The notes beneath the pieces are model-generated. The model was not told the origin of the DNA. It worked only from the letters and a program-made list of their open reading frames with translations, and made no database searches. A stretch of 52,607 nucleotides of DNA. It comes from an uncultured Oligoflexus sp. Lineage in GTDB: Bacteria > Bdellovibrionota_B > Oligoflexia > Oligoflexales > Oligoflexaceae. The stretch is taken from NCBI GenBank assembly GCA_964236955.1, contig CAXSGP010000008.1, positions 1 to 52,607 on the forward strand, in the 5' to 3' direction. Below, piece after piece: positions 8,626-18,271 of this stretch; the first letter of the stretch is position 1; every line of letters begins with the position of its first letter. The position numbers and the translations under genes are program-made.

Positions 8626-11409
8626 CTAGCTCCTGGCTCTCGAATGCTCACTCTCAGGGTCGCATAAAAAGGCTGATTCCGGTAAAACACCCTTTACCCT
8701 GAACCGTTGCCGCCCATGCAAGGGCTGCCCGATGATGTCTATCGATAGTGTCCCTCCAAGTTCTATGAAGGCCTGCAGGACAGCATCCATTCCCACTCCT
8801 CGACCAGAGGTTTCACTGAGGGATTCAGCCGTCGAAAGACTGGGCTTGAAAATAAGACTCGCAATCGCAGCCGGACTATTCTCAGGTTCAGATGAAAGCC
8901 TGAGGGCCCTGGCCCTCGCTTCGATCTTCGTCAGGTCAAGGCCATGGCCGTTGTCCTGAATGATCATGACGAGGGCGTTATGGTCCTGATCGAGATAGGC
9001 GTGCAGTTGGATCACGGGATGGGGAATAGGAGGCAGTCTGGGATCCGGACGAAAGCCGTGATAAATGCTGTTGCGGATAAGGTGCAGCATGGCCCCTCGC
9101 AAATTTCTTTCCGTGAGTTCCCGGAGATAGACCAACGGTGCTGTTGCTTCAAACCTTGGGTCAACTGAACCCTCAGTATGGCCAAGATCTTTGATCGCAG
9201 CCTTAAGCTCGAGACAGAGCGCATGCAAAGAGCGATAATATGGGCCGCACAAAAGGGCTTCGACTCTTTTCTGCAAAAGGATTGCGCTTTCGGCTTCCAT
9301 TTTAAGGCGCGCCGACTCCGAAGCTTTGGCCAGTTCATCAAGTTTTGCCAGCGGTATCCTTAGCTCGCGCTCGGAGAGGCTTTGGCTATGAAGCCTTTTC
9401 TCATAGAGGGTTTGGTAATTCTGCATGAGTTCCACGAATCGACCCCGGGTCTGCTGGTAGCTCCTTGCATCCCTGGCGCCATCTTCCAGGTCGTGGATCT
9501 CGCTGGTGAGCTTTTTAAGGCCAAGAGACCTTGCGATGCCCTTCAAGGTATGCAGTTCTCGTGCAAATCCATCCATGTTGCTAGAGTTCACCTTGATCTT
9601 GGCGGCATCGACATCCTTCCAAAAACGGGTGAGACCTCGGGGCTCGGCACCGAGAAGTTCGACCAGTTTAAGCAGATCCTGTTCCTTGCTCATGGCCTCC
9701 ACTTGTAGATAGCGCACGCGGGTGACATCGCGAAGCGTAACAAGAATACGATCGATATTAAGCTGCGTGTCGAGTATAGGATGCCAGTCTATTTCCATGA
9801 TTTGAGTCGGTTCCTGGCCCTCTTTCCGGTGATACTCGTGGGGAAGATGGTCTGCGTTTGAGTCCCAGAAATTGCCACTGTCGCCAAGGAGCGAGACCAG
9901 GCTGCTTCGTATCATGGAAATTTGCTCGGGATTCAAATTGGAATGATTAAAGAGCAGCTTAACGACGTCCTGGTTGGCAATGTCAGTCGTGCCTATAAGT
10001 TTGTTCATGTGCTTGCTGTAGTTGTCATCGATGATAAGACCTTCTTTCACCATGAAAATCCCTATGGGCACATTCTCCATCAACGAACGGAGGTTGGCGG
10101 TCTGCAGTTCCACCTCATACTGGAGTTTGGTCTTGAGGTACTGGGCGGTGGCAAAGGCAGTGGCAAAACGTTTGGCTACGACCTGGCTTTGAATAAAGAC
10201 GAATGCTGCAACGCCGTATTGAGAAATGTAAGGTGGGATAGTCAAACCATTTTGAACAAGAATATCATGTACCACGGCAAGGCATAGGATACATGAACCC
10301 ATAAGCGAGATCTTCGCCCCTTCCTTATGATTCCTGACACAAGCGATGAGCTGATAAAACGTGATGACAATGAAGGAGAGGGCTGTCATCTGAAAGACCA
10401 CGATCCAGCGGGAATAACTTTCGACAGGAGTAGAAAGGATGACGAGGGAAAGGATAAGCGCAAGGGCCAGGCCCAGCTGGAGCCTTTTCGGCAGCCGTGG
10501 TTTCGCAAAGTTATAGTGCGTGAAAAGACAAAAAAGAAGCGGCGCCCAAAGTACGCTTAGATATTCCAGTGCGTATTTAAATTGATAGAGGAAGAGCGTG
10601 GGCTCAGGCAGATAGTGACTGAGCAGATCCCCCGTTGCGCAGGCCCGCAAGGCGGCGACGAGGCAAAATAGGGAGAAGACAAGCGTCGAACGCTCCTGCA
10701 CTCGCCGCAGAAAGATCATGAAATTATAGATTCCGATTATCAGGATACAGCCTATCGAAAAAATAAAACCATCATGTTCGTTGTCAAACTCACGCCCTAC
10801 TTCTGGCCCGAGAACGGGCGGATGCCAGAGCCCGGCACGGTTGTGGTGATAGTTGGAAACCTGAATGAGAATGACCCAGGTCTCGTCGGTAGCTCTGGGG
10901 TAAAAACGGAGGCTTAACGGGCGAGGCTGGGGAATACCGAGATCCCGGTTCTTGGCCACCTTGCCGTTTGACATTTGAAGCGCGATCTCCGGCGACAATT
11001 CAGGATAAACAAAAGCTTTATAGGCAGTTGCGGCACTGCGGATGAGAATCTGATAGCCACCAGGTCTAACAGTAAGACCCTTTAAGCGCATTTTGTAGGT
11101 CGCATAGCCGAAAGAACCGAATGGTTCAGCCGTCTGAGGATTGATTTTTTGATGCCAGGTAAGATCTCCGCTCATCCTAAAGGCTCGGCCCTCAGGCGTT
11201 TGCCCCGGTGATAGGAGTTCGTGCCAATAAAAATCCCAGGGACTGTTGAGCATAATATTTTTATGATCGAAGTCCCAGGTGAGAAGTTCAATGGCAAATG
11301 ATTCTTTGGACTCAGCAGCAACTGAAGTCGGCGGATAAATAAGGCCCAGACATTCCAAAAGGAAAAGCAAAACAAGACCTGAGGAGAGTCTGATCATTGG
11401 CATTCCCAT
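8626..11409 (-). CDS. 7TM-DISM membrane sensor fused to PAS-like, Hpt and CheA-type ATPase domains
   Basis: Extracellular DISM-like domain (WDFYWHELL, GYATY, QVSNYHH), about 7 TM segments, Hpt motif ELHTLKG, and CheA-type boxes HLIRNS, DNGHG and STAESLSETSGRGVGMDAV. No CheW domain. Confidence 0.85.
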   Translation of the reverse strand: MGMPMIRLSSGLVLLFLLECLGLIYPPTSVAAESKESFAIELLTWDFDHKNIMLNSPWDFYWHELLSPGQTPEGRAFRMSGDLTWHQKINPQTAEPFGSFGYATYKMRLKGLTVRPGGYQILIRSAATAYKAFVYPELSPEIALQMSNGKVAKNRDLGIPQPRPLSLRFYPRATDETWVILIQVSNYHHNRAGLWHPPVLGPEVGREFDNEHDGFIFSIGCILIIGIYNFMIFLRRVQERSTLVFSLFCLVAALRACATGDLLSHYLPEPTLFLYQFKYALEYLSVLWAPLLFCLFTHYNFAKPRLPKRLQLGLALALILSLVILSTPVESYSRWIVVFQMTALSFIVITFYQLIACVRNHKEGAKISLMGSCILCLAVVHDILVQNGLTIPPYISQYGVAAFVFIQSQVVAKRFATAFATAQYLKTKLQYEVELQTANLRSLMENVPIGIFMVKEGLIIDDNYSKHMNKLIGTTDIANQDVVKLLFNHSNLNPEQISMIRSSLVSLLGDSGNFWDSNADHLPHEYHRKEGQEPTQIMEIDWHPILDTQLNIDRILVTLRDVTRVRYLQVEAMSKEQDLLKLVELLGAEPRGLTRFWKDVDAAKIKVNSSNMDGFARELHTLKGIARSLGLKKLTSEIHDLEDGARDARSYQQTRGRFVELMQNYQTLYEKRLHSQSLSERELRIPLAKLDELAKASESARLKMEAESAILLQKRVEALLCGPYYRSLHALCLELKAAIKDLGHTEGSVDPRFEATAPLVYLRELTERNLRGAMLHLIRNSIYHGFRPDPRLPPIPHPVIQLHAYLDQDHNALVMIIQDNGHGLDLTKIEARARALRLSSEPENSPAAIASLIFKPSLSTAESLSETSGRGVGMDAVLQAFIELGGTLSIDIIGQPLHGRQRFRVKGVLPESAFLCDPESEHSRARS

Positions 11410-11603
11410 TATAAGAAAATAAAGAGTCTGGAGTGATCAGGCTAGCAGGAAGGGGATTCACGTGTCAAATCAAGGCAATATACGAAAAACTTGTGCCTGG
11501 TGAAGGAGCGGCGATGGGAGACCGGCAGCTTTGCGGATAATAATCGCAAGCCGCGTGCATTCGCCCATAAATAGCCCTTTTTTGATCTGGAATTTACCAA
11601 CGC

Positions 11604-11632
11604 AAAAAAGCCTCCGCAAGGCGCGAAGACTC
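11604..11632 (-). terminator. Rho-independent terminator of the cytochrome c gene
   Basis: Minus-strand hairpin AGTCTTCGCG-CCT-TGCGGAGGCT followed by a T run. Confidence 0.65.
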
Positions 11633-11648
11633 TTTGTAAATTTAATGA

Positions 11649-12128
11649 TTAGATTGCGTTAAGTGCTGCCTCTAAGTCTGCACGTCCGTCTTCGAACACC
11701 GCTGACAGCGCTGCATGATTGGCTTTCGCTGGACCTTCGTACGCATTGGTGAGCTTAGCTGTTGCGGTTTTATCGAGGGTTACATTTTTTCCCGGGCCGT
11801 TCGCGTTATGGCAGCCTGCACATTGCGTAAGCAGCGTCTTGCCTGCTTCGGCGTCGCCAGCAGGAGCTTCGCCATCACCGGCAGGAGCTTCGCCATCACC
11901 GGCAGCAGCTTCACCATCGCCGGCAGCAGCATCGCCTTCGCCACCTTCGTCGGCCGTTGCTTCGTCGCCAGTAGCCTTGTCACCAGCGCCATCGGCGATC
12001 TCTTCAGAACCGGCACCCCCTTCACCCGCTGCGAGATTTGCTTTGTATTTTCCGGCTACGGATTGACCGCCGCAGGCTGTCAGGACGATAGAGAGGATGA
12101 AGGTGCTTACCAAAAAAGTGTTACGCAT
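11649..12128 (-). CDS. Monoheme cytochrome c lipoprotein with acidic repetitive linker
   Basis: Lipobox LTAC, (GDGEAxA)n linker, then GDAEAGKTLLTQCAGCH. The start MRNTFLV was chosen to fit the signal peptide. Confidence 0.8.
   Translation of the reverse strand: MRNTFLVSTFILSIVLTACGGQSVAGKYKANLAAGEGGAGSEEIADGAGDKATGDEATADEGGEGDAAAGDGEAAAGDGEAPAGDGEAPAGDAEAGKTLLTQCAGCHNANGPGKNVTLDKTATAKLTNAYEGPAKANHAALSAVFEDGRADLEAALNAI
11860..11930. repeat. In-frame 21-bp tandem repeat (about 3.5 copies) encoding GDGEAPA/GDGEAAA
   Basis: GCAGGAGCTTCGCCATCACCG occurs exactly at 11860 and 11881, with a variant at 11902. Confidence 0.85.
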
Positions 12129-12186
12129 AGTTGCCCTTTCAGTGGGATCCGCTAGAGAGTTGTATTGACTTGCTACCATTTCCCGC

Positions 12187-12213
12187 TTGTCGGCTCGAAT
12201 GGTCAAAAACTTA
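12187..12213 (-). promoter_or_regulatory. Sigma28/FliA-type promoter
   Basis: TAAG-N15-GCCGACAA upstream of the cytochrome c start. Confidence 0.6.
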
Positions 12214-12516
12214 AGTGCATTTCGGGAATATTGTAAAATTATTTTTTAACCTTAAGGATTTTGATGGATTACGATGGGGAGGCTGGTCATTGAAAAGAAG
12301 CGGGGCGGCAATTAAAGTTTGAGCCTTTTGCTCGACCCAGTTTTCAAAAGCCAGGGGTAGGAATGAGGTAAGAATTCAAACTTTAATTTTATTTTTTTAG
12401 AGGCTGGACCTGGTAAGAATGCAAGAGGGTCAGGAACTGGATTATCCCGTCGGTTCCGTCGAGGTTTAACCGCGAGATTGCCCCGGCAAGGTTCATAAGC
12501 TATAGAGCGCCCATGT

Positions 12517-13884
12517 CTAGCGGCGACGTTTTTGCAACCTAAGATAGAATCCCAGAGGTTTTAGAGTCAGGGTTTCTTTAATCTCAAGCTTATATCCGGG
12601 GTCATCCATTCGAAGGTCAAAGCGTTGGAGGATCATGGCGAGGACCAGGACCGCCTCCTGCATGGCAAAGGCCCGCCCAATACAGGCCCTTGGCCCGGTT
12701 CCAAAAGGTTTCCAGGCATGAGGAGGCAGCGATAGCATGGCTTCTTTTCCCATTCGCTCCGGATCAAAGCGCTCGGGGTCGTTCCAGACCTTAGGGTCCC
12801 GGTGCAGGGCGGGCAGGAGCACGAGGATGACCTGGTCGGGTCGAATTTTAAAGGTTCCCCCTAATTGAGTCGGCTGCAGCGCATAACGGCCAAAGGCCGG
12901 TGCCGTTGGCCAAAGGCGTAAAGTTTCCTTAAGGATCTGATCGAGATACTTAAGCTTTTGAATCTTCTCTATTCCCGGGACATCGCTGCCGAGCACCTCG
13001 TCAACCTCGGCCCTGGCCTTGGCCAAAATCTCGGGTTGTTTTAGCATTTCATAAAGGGCAAAACTAAGGAGGCCACTGGTCGTTTCATGACCGGCGATAA
13101 GAAAGGTAACCAGCTGATAACGTATATTGACCGCATCAAGTTTTTCTCCTGAACGGGGATCGCTTGCTTCCAGCATTGTCGCGAGGAGATCCTTTTTGAA
13201 AGGGGAGCCCTCGGGTCTTAGCTTTCTTTCGGCTATCACTTCGTCAGCAATCTTATGCATGACGTGGGCATCGCTCATAAACTGACGACGGCCTTTCATC
13301 ATAAGCCTGCTTACGATAGGCAGCCGCCGTCCCCTTGCACTTGCCTCAGCCAGACCCTGAACCATCGCATCGATGAAGGGATGCATAGTTGCTGTTTCAA
13401 AACTCTTAAATCGATAGTCAAACGCGGCCAGAGCAATGGTATCGAGAGTGAGGCGAGTCATTTGATCGCTAACGTCCAGTCGGTAATGATCGCCCGACTC
13501 CTCCCAGGTGCAAAGCATACGATCCGCGACTTCAACCATGGAACCATACATATGGCGAAGAGAAGCAGGGCCAAAGGCCGGCATGAGAATGCGATGGGCT
13601 TTATCCCAATTCGGCTCTTCAGTAAAGGCTGTGAACAGACCATCGCCGGCAAAGCTGCGGATTTCACGCAGAGCATGAAAAACCTTTTTATCAAAGCGCG
13701 CATCGTCGCAGACCTCTTGAACAAGTTCCTGCGAGGAGACGACGACCAGTTCCTCAGTTATGTTCAGACGAAAGATAGGTCCATAGGTTGCGGCGAGTTT
13801 GAGCAGCGACTGGACGGGCTTATGAGTATCCACCCGAAAGAGATTGCCGTAGATGTTGACCTTTTTTGGATCCTGGTAACGCAT
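12517..13884 (-). CDS. Cytochrome P450, CYP102-like heme domain without fused reductase
   Basis: FAGDGLFT, AGHETT (I-helix), ETLRLWP (ExxR), FDPER and FGTGPRACIG (heme Cys). GGAG RBS before the ATG at 13884. Confidence 0.92.
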   Translation of the reverse strand: MRYQDPKKVNIYGNLFRVDTHKPVQSLLKLAATYGPIFRLNITEELVVVSSQELVQEVCDDARFDKKVFHALREIRSFAGDGLFTAFTEEPNWDKAHRILMPAFGPASLRHMYGSMVEVADRMLCTWEESGDHYRLDVSDQMTRLTLDTIALAAFDYRFKSFETATMHPFIDAMVQGLAEASARGRRLPIVSRLMMKGRRQFMSDAHVMHKIADEVIAERKLRPEGSPFKKDLLATMLEASDPRSGEKLDAVNIRYQLVTFLIAGHETTSGLLSFALYEMLKQPEILAKARAEVDEVLGSDVPGIEKIQKLKYLDQILKETLRLWPTAPAFGRYALQPTQLGGTFKIRPDQVILVLLPALHRDPKVWNDPERFDPERMGKEAMLSLPPHAWKPFGTGPRACIGRAFAMQEAVLVLAMILQRFDLRMDDPGYKLEIKETLTLKPLGFYLRLQKRRR

Positions 13885-14119
13885 ATTTAAAGCTCCCGTA
13901 CTTTCGCTCGTTTGATAACCACAAAAGGAAGAGTTCATCACAGGGCAAAGGCCTCCATTATGCTAGGAATCGCCTTGAGGTGACAAACTCCATTTATGTC
14001 CTTAACATTTGCTACAAATAAAGCCATAAAGGCTCTGTGGGCCCCACAAGATGTCAGTCGACCCCGTGGTAATTCTCGTGTTAGCTTGGGTGATCTGACC
14101 ACTTCGAGGCTGACTTCTT

Positions 14120-17100
14120 TTGAAACTCATTATCGCTGAAAAACCCTCTGTTGCCCGTGATCTAGCTCAAGCTCTGGGTGTAAAAGCTCAGGGCCGGGGC
14201 CATTTTCGCGGCGAATTCTATATCATAAGCTGGGCGATTGGACACCTTGTCACGCTTGCCGAACCCCATCAAATCAACCCTGCTTGGCAAAAATGGCGTG
14301 AATCGGATTTGCCGATACTCCCGGCCAAATGGCCCCTATGCGTGCTCGACAACACGGCTTCGCAGTTTGCCGAGATCAAAGAACTCCTCCATAGTCCCGA
14401 AGTGACCTCCATTATTGCGGCGACCGACGCGGGGCGTGAAGGAGAGCTGATCTTTCGCTATATCTACGAAAAAGCCGGCTCCACCAAACCCGTGGAACGA
14501 CTTTGGCTCTCGTCTCTCACGCAGGAAAGCATCGCATTGGCTTTGAGCCGGATGAAACCCTTGTCCGCATACGATAGGCTTGCCGATAACGCTCGCGGGC
14601 GCAGTCGTTCGGATTGGTTGGTCGGCCTCAACCTATCGCGGGCCTATTCCCTCAAAAATAATGATCGATGGACCGTGGGACGGGTGCAGACTCCAACCCT
14701 GGCGATGGTTGTGGAACGCACGGAAAAGATCATGAGTTTTGTGCCCGAGGCCTATCATGAGATTGAAGCACATTTCGAAACCCTGAGCACTCAGGAAACC
14801 TATCGATCGCTCTATGTCGAGGCCAAGGCGCTCCAGTCATCGACTCCGGAAGCTGATGGCAGCGCCCGGTCTGAGGCCAGGAGATTTAAGCCGGAAGATC
14901 CGGACATTGCGGCGATACAGGCGCGGGCCAGGCGCGGCGTCGCGACGATCAAAAAACGCGAGGATAAAGAGCAAAAAATGCCGCCTCCGCGTCTTTATGA
15001 TCTTACCGAACTGCAAAAAGATGCCAATCGTCTGTTTGGATTTCAGGCAAAATTCACCCTCGATATTGCGCAGAGTCTTTACGAAAGTCATAAGCTCATT
15101 ACCTATCCCCGATCCGATTCGCGGTATTTGAGTGCTTCCGTGGCGAAAACGCTGCCGGATATCGTGAGAGTCATTCGAAAGCCTTATGAGGCTTTGGGGC
15201 TTCATGCTGGCACCGGTATAGAGCCGCTGGGCAGAAATTTTGTCGATGATACGAAGGTGAGCGATCACCATGCGATCATCCCAACGGGTAAAAACCCAGG
15301 TCCATTGGGGGGCGATGAGGCGAAGATTTTTGATTTGATTGCCAAACGTCTCCTGATGGCCTGGCAGGACGATCATGTCCGTAGTCAAAGTATTTTACAT
15401 ACGGTGATTCATAGTGAAAGTGACGGCATCCCATACGCAGACAATTATCGGGCTTCGGGGAGTGTCGTGCTTCGCGAAGGTTGGAAATGTTTGGAAAGGC
15501 GCGCGTCGCGGGGCCCGGATGCGCTGGCCCTGCCGCTATTGAAGGCGAAAGAAAAGGTCAAAGTCGATAAGATCATGACTCTGAAAAAAGAAACCAAGGC
15601 CCCTGCGGCCTTTAGCGATGCGACCTTGCTCAACGGTATGGCTTCGGCCGGGAGCCGGCTTGATGACAAGGAACTCACGGATATCCTTCGCGAACGTGGT
15701 CTAGGCACTCCTGCAACACGGGCCGCCACGATAGAAAATATCATCCACCGCGGTTATGTTGAACGGCGGGATAAAACGCTGTGGGCGACCGACCTGGGCA
15801 TTAAACTTATCCATCAGGTGCATCCTTCGGTAAGGAGTGCGACCCTTACCGGGGAATGGGAGGCTAAATTAAGGCGAATAGAAAGCGGTGATTTGAGTTT
15901 GGAGGAATTTACCGCGGATATTGAATCCTACGTTCGAGAGACGATTGAATTGATACGTTCGTCACCGGCTCAGGTCTCCCGTCCCTATTGTTCGTCGGAA
16001 TCGGATCTTCCCGGTCAGGGGGGCCGGGGATCCCGTGCTTTTAACGCGGGATCTTTGGTCGAGGCTTCGCGCGCGGAGTCAGCGCCTGAACCCCTAATGC
16101 CATTATCCAGCCGATCCGCAAAGGCAGCAGCATCGCCTACGGCGGGAGAAGGGTTCAGGCCGGCAGAGGAGCGGCGGGAGCCTAGACAGGGCGCGACCAC
16201 TTCGCCCTTATTTCCAGCAGGTCTTAAGCTTAAGGAAGCTTTATGGAAGGCCTTTGGGCACCAACAGTTCCGTGAGCATCAGGAGCAGATCTGCAGCGAA
16301 ATTATTGAGGGACATGATCTATTGCTCGTCATGCCGACCGGGGCCGGCAAATCCCTTTGCTATCAATTGCCCGCTCTGGTCATGCGCGGCTGTACGATAG
16401 TGGTGAGTCCGTTGATCGCTCTGATGGATGATCAGGTGCAAAAACTGAGGTCTCAGGGGATCTCGGCCGCGGCCTTGCATTCGGGCCTCGGACGTGAGGA
16501 ATCAAGGGCGATCTGTCGGGAGTATCAGGAGGGCACGCTTAAGCTCCTTTATGTGGCACCCGAGCGCCTGGGATTGGCGGGGTTTTTAGATTTTCTAGCG
16601 CGGACACCGCCGGCCTTGGTTGCGATTGATGAAGCCCATTGTATCTCGCAGTGGGGGCATGACTTCCGGCCCGATTACCGTATGCTGGCCCAGCGGCTCC
16701 TCAGGTTTCGACCGGCACCCATCGCTGCGATGACGGCGACGGCGACCCCCCTGGTGCAAAAGGATATCGCGCATCAACTCGACTTGAGAGATCCCAAGCT
16801 GCATATCCATGGTTTTAGGCGAACCAATATTGCCATCGAGATCACCGAGGTGTCGCTTCCTGACCGGATGGCTTTAGTGCGAAAGATTCTATCCCGGGAT
16901 GCGGCGCGGCCGGCCATCGTTTATGCCCCGACGCGTAAGGATACGGAAACGATCAGCGAGGGACTTTCCAAGCTGGGAAGGGTGTCGCCTTACCACGCGG
17001 GGCTCTCCCATGAAAAACGCCAGCATATTCAGAAGGAATTTCAAGCCGGTCGCCTCGACGTCATAGTTGCGACGATAGCCTTTGGAATGGGTATCGACAA

Positions 17101-18271
17101 AGCGGATATACGCACCGTGGTCCATGCGGCTTTGCCCTCGAGCGTGGAGGCCTATTATCAGGAGATTGGACGGGCGGGTCGCGACGGCAAGTTTTCCCGG
17201 GCGATACTTTTGCATTCTTATGCCGATCATCGCACTCGGGAGTTTTTTACCCAGAAAAATTACCCGGACATCAAAGTGCTTGAGAGCGTCCTGAAAAAAA
17301 TTCCTCCCGCCGGCATTGAGAGGTCCTTGATTCCAGGTGGGGTCGATGCCGCGACGCTTGACAATGCCTTGGAAAAACTCTGGGTGCACGGGGCGATTGG
17401 AATCAGCGCCGAAGATCATGTATCAAGGCGGGAGGCAGTCTGGCAGAAGAGCTACTTGAATCAGCAGACGCATAAGGCAGCCGAGGTCAGTCTGATGAGC
17501 AATTTCGCACACAATCATCAAAACTGCCGCATGATGCTGTTTTTGCAGCACTTCGGTGATGTCAGTGATGATCAGAGCAACTGTGGAATCTGTGATTACT
17601 GCCTGCCTTTGGGCACATTAAGCAAGGCCTATCGTCAGCCTTCGACTCAGGAACGGGGACTGATGCTTGCACTCTTGAGATTCCTCGACCTTCAGACCCG
17701 GCCGGTTTCAATCAGCAAAGTCTTTCAACAGCTGGAGAGCGATGGCCTGGTAAAGGATAGACGGCGATTTGATGTAAGTGCCGATGCCCTTATGCGGCAC
17801 GGTCTGGTCAAGAGTCGAAATGAAAGCTTTGAAAAGGGCGGCCAAACCATTAGCTATCGCAGCCTAAGTCTGCTTATGCCTTTAGATGCGGAACCGAGTT
17901 GGGATGATATCCTTGTTCTTGACGGCGATGCCGATGATCCGATACCAGCGTCGTCGCTACGCAAGGGTGCTAGCAAATCAAAGGGTAAAAAACCTTCCAA
18001 AGCCGCGACAGGATCATCAGGTTCAGCCCGACGGGCGAGGACGAAATCTGATATGGACGATCCATTGGCGCAAAAACTCCGGGGCTGGCGCATTCAAACT
18101 GCAAAAAAAGAGAAGGTCCCGGCTTACCGGGTATTCTCCGATCGAACCCTGAGCGCTTTGCTTGAGCGGCGGCCTACAAGTTCTGAGTCGTTGAAAGAAA
18201 TAGAAGGCATTGGTCCGATAAAGTTTGAAAAATATGGACACGATATCCTTGATCTTTTGACTCGTCATTGA
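14120..18271 (+). CDS. topB: DNA topoisomerase III - RecQ helicase fusion protein (TOPRIM, type IA core, SF2 helicase, RQC, HRDC)
   Basis: N-part: IAEKPSVA, ATDAGREGE, GRVQTPT, catalytic ITYPRSD, GLGTPATRA. C-part: MPTGAGKSLCYQ, DEAHCISQWGHDFRPDY, VATIAFGMGIDK, YYQEIGRAGRDG, CR...CGICDYC, and HRDC-like LRGWR...VPAYRVFSD...GIGPIKFEKYG. One uninterrupted frame. Confidence 0.93.
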   Translation: MKLIIAEKPSVARDLAQALGVKAQGRGHFRGEFYIISWAIGHLVTLAEPHQINPAWQKWRESDLPILPAKWPLCVLDNTASQFAEIKELLHSPEVTSIIAATDAGREGELIFRYIYEKAGSTKPVERLWLSSLTQESIALALSRMKPLSAYDRLADNARGRSRSDWLVGLNLSRAYSLKNNDRWTVGRVQTPTLAMVVERTEKIMSFVPEAYHEIEAHFETLSTQETYRSLYVEAKALQSSTPEADGSARSEARRFKPEDPDIAAIQARARRGVATIKKREDKEQKMPPPRLYDLTELQKDANRLFGFQAKFTLDIAQSLYESHKLITYPRSDSRYLSASVAKTLPDIVRVIRKPYEALGLHAGTGIEPLGRNFVDDTKVSDHHAIIPTGKNPGPLGGDEAKIFDLIAKRLLMAWQDDHVRSQSILHTVIHSESDGIPYADNYRASGSVVLREGWKCLERRASRGPDALALPLLKAKEKVKVDKIMTLKKETKAPAAFSDATLLNGMASAGSRLDDKELTDILRERGLGTPATRAATIENIIHRGYVERRDKTLWATDLGIKLIHQVHPSVRSATLTGEWEAKLRRIESGDLSLEEFTADIESYVRETIELIRSSPAQVSRPYCSSESDLPGQGGRGSRAFNAGSLVEASRAESAPEPLMPLSSRSAKAAASPTAGEGFRPAEERREPRQGATTSPLFPAGLKLKEALWKAFGHQQFREHQEQICSEIIEGHDLLLVMPTGAGKSLCYQLPALVMRGCTIVVSPLIALMDDQVQKLRSQGISAAALHSGLGREESRAICREYQEGTLKLLYVAPERLGLAGFLDFLARTPPALVAIDEAHCISQWGHDFRPDYRMLAQRLLRFRPAPIAAMTATATPLVQKDIAHQLDLRDPKLHIHGFRRTNIAIEITEVSLPDRMALVRKILSRDAARPAIVYAPTRKDTETISEGLSKLGRVSPYHAGLSHEKRQHIQKEFQAGRLDVIVATIAFGMGIDKADIRTVVHAALPSSVEAYYQEIGRAGRDGKFSRAILLHSYADHRTREFFTQKNYPDIKVLESVLKKIPPAGIERSLIPGGVDAATLDNALEKLWVHGAIGISAEDHVSRREAVWQKSYLNQQTHKAAEVSLMSNFAHNHQNCRMMLFLQHFGDVSDDQSNCGICDYCLPLGTLSKAYRQPSTQERGLMLALLRFLDLQTRPVSISKVFQQLESDGLVKDRRRFDVSADALMRHGLVKSRNESFEKGGQTISYRSLSLLMPLDAEPSWDDILVLDGDADDPIPASSLRKGASKSKGKKPSKAATGSSGSARRARTKSDMDDPLAQKLRGWRIQTAKKEKVPAYRVFSDRTLSALLERRPTSSESLKEIEGIGPIKFEKYGHDILDLLTRH

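Noticed and set aside
11649..13884. Cytochrome c as the redox partner of the adjacent P450
   Set aside because: The cytochrome is an exported lipoprotein with its own promoter candidate, while the P450 has no signal peptide.
14120..18271. Reverse gyrase
   Set aside because: The order is topoisomerase first, and the helicase has RecQ-specific motifs (SQWGHDFRPDY, RQC, HRDC).
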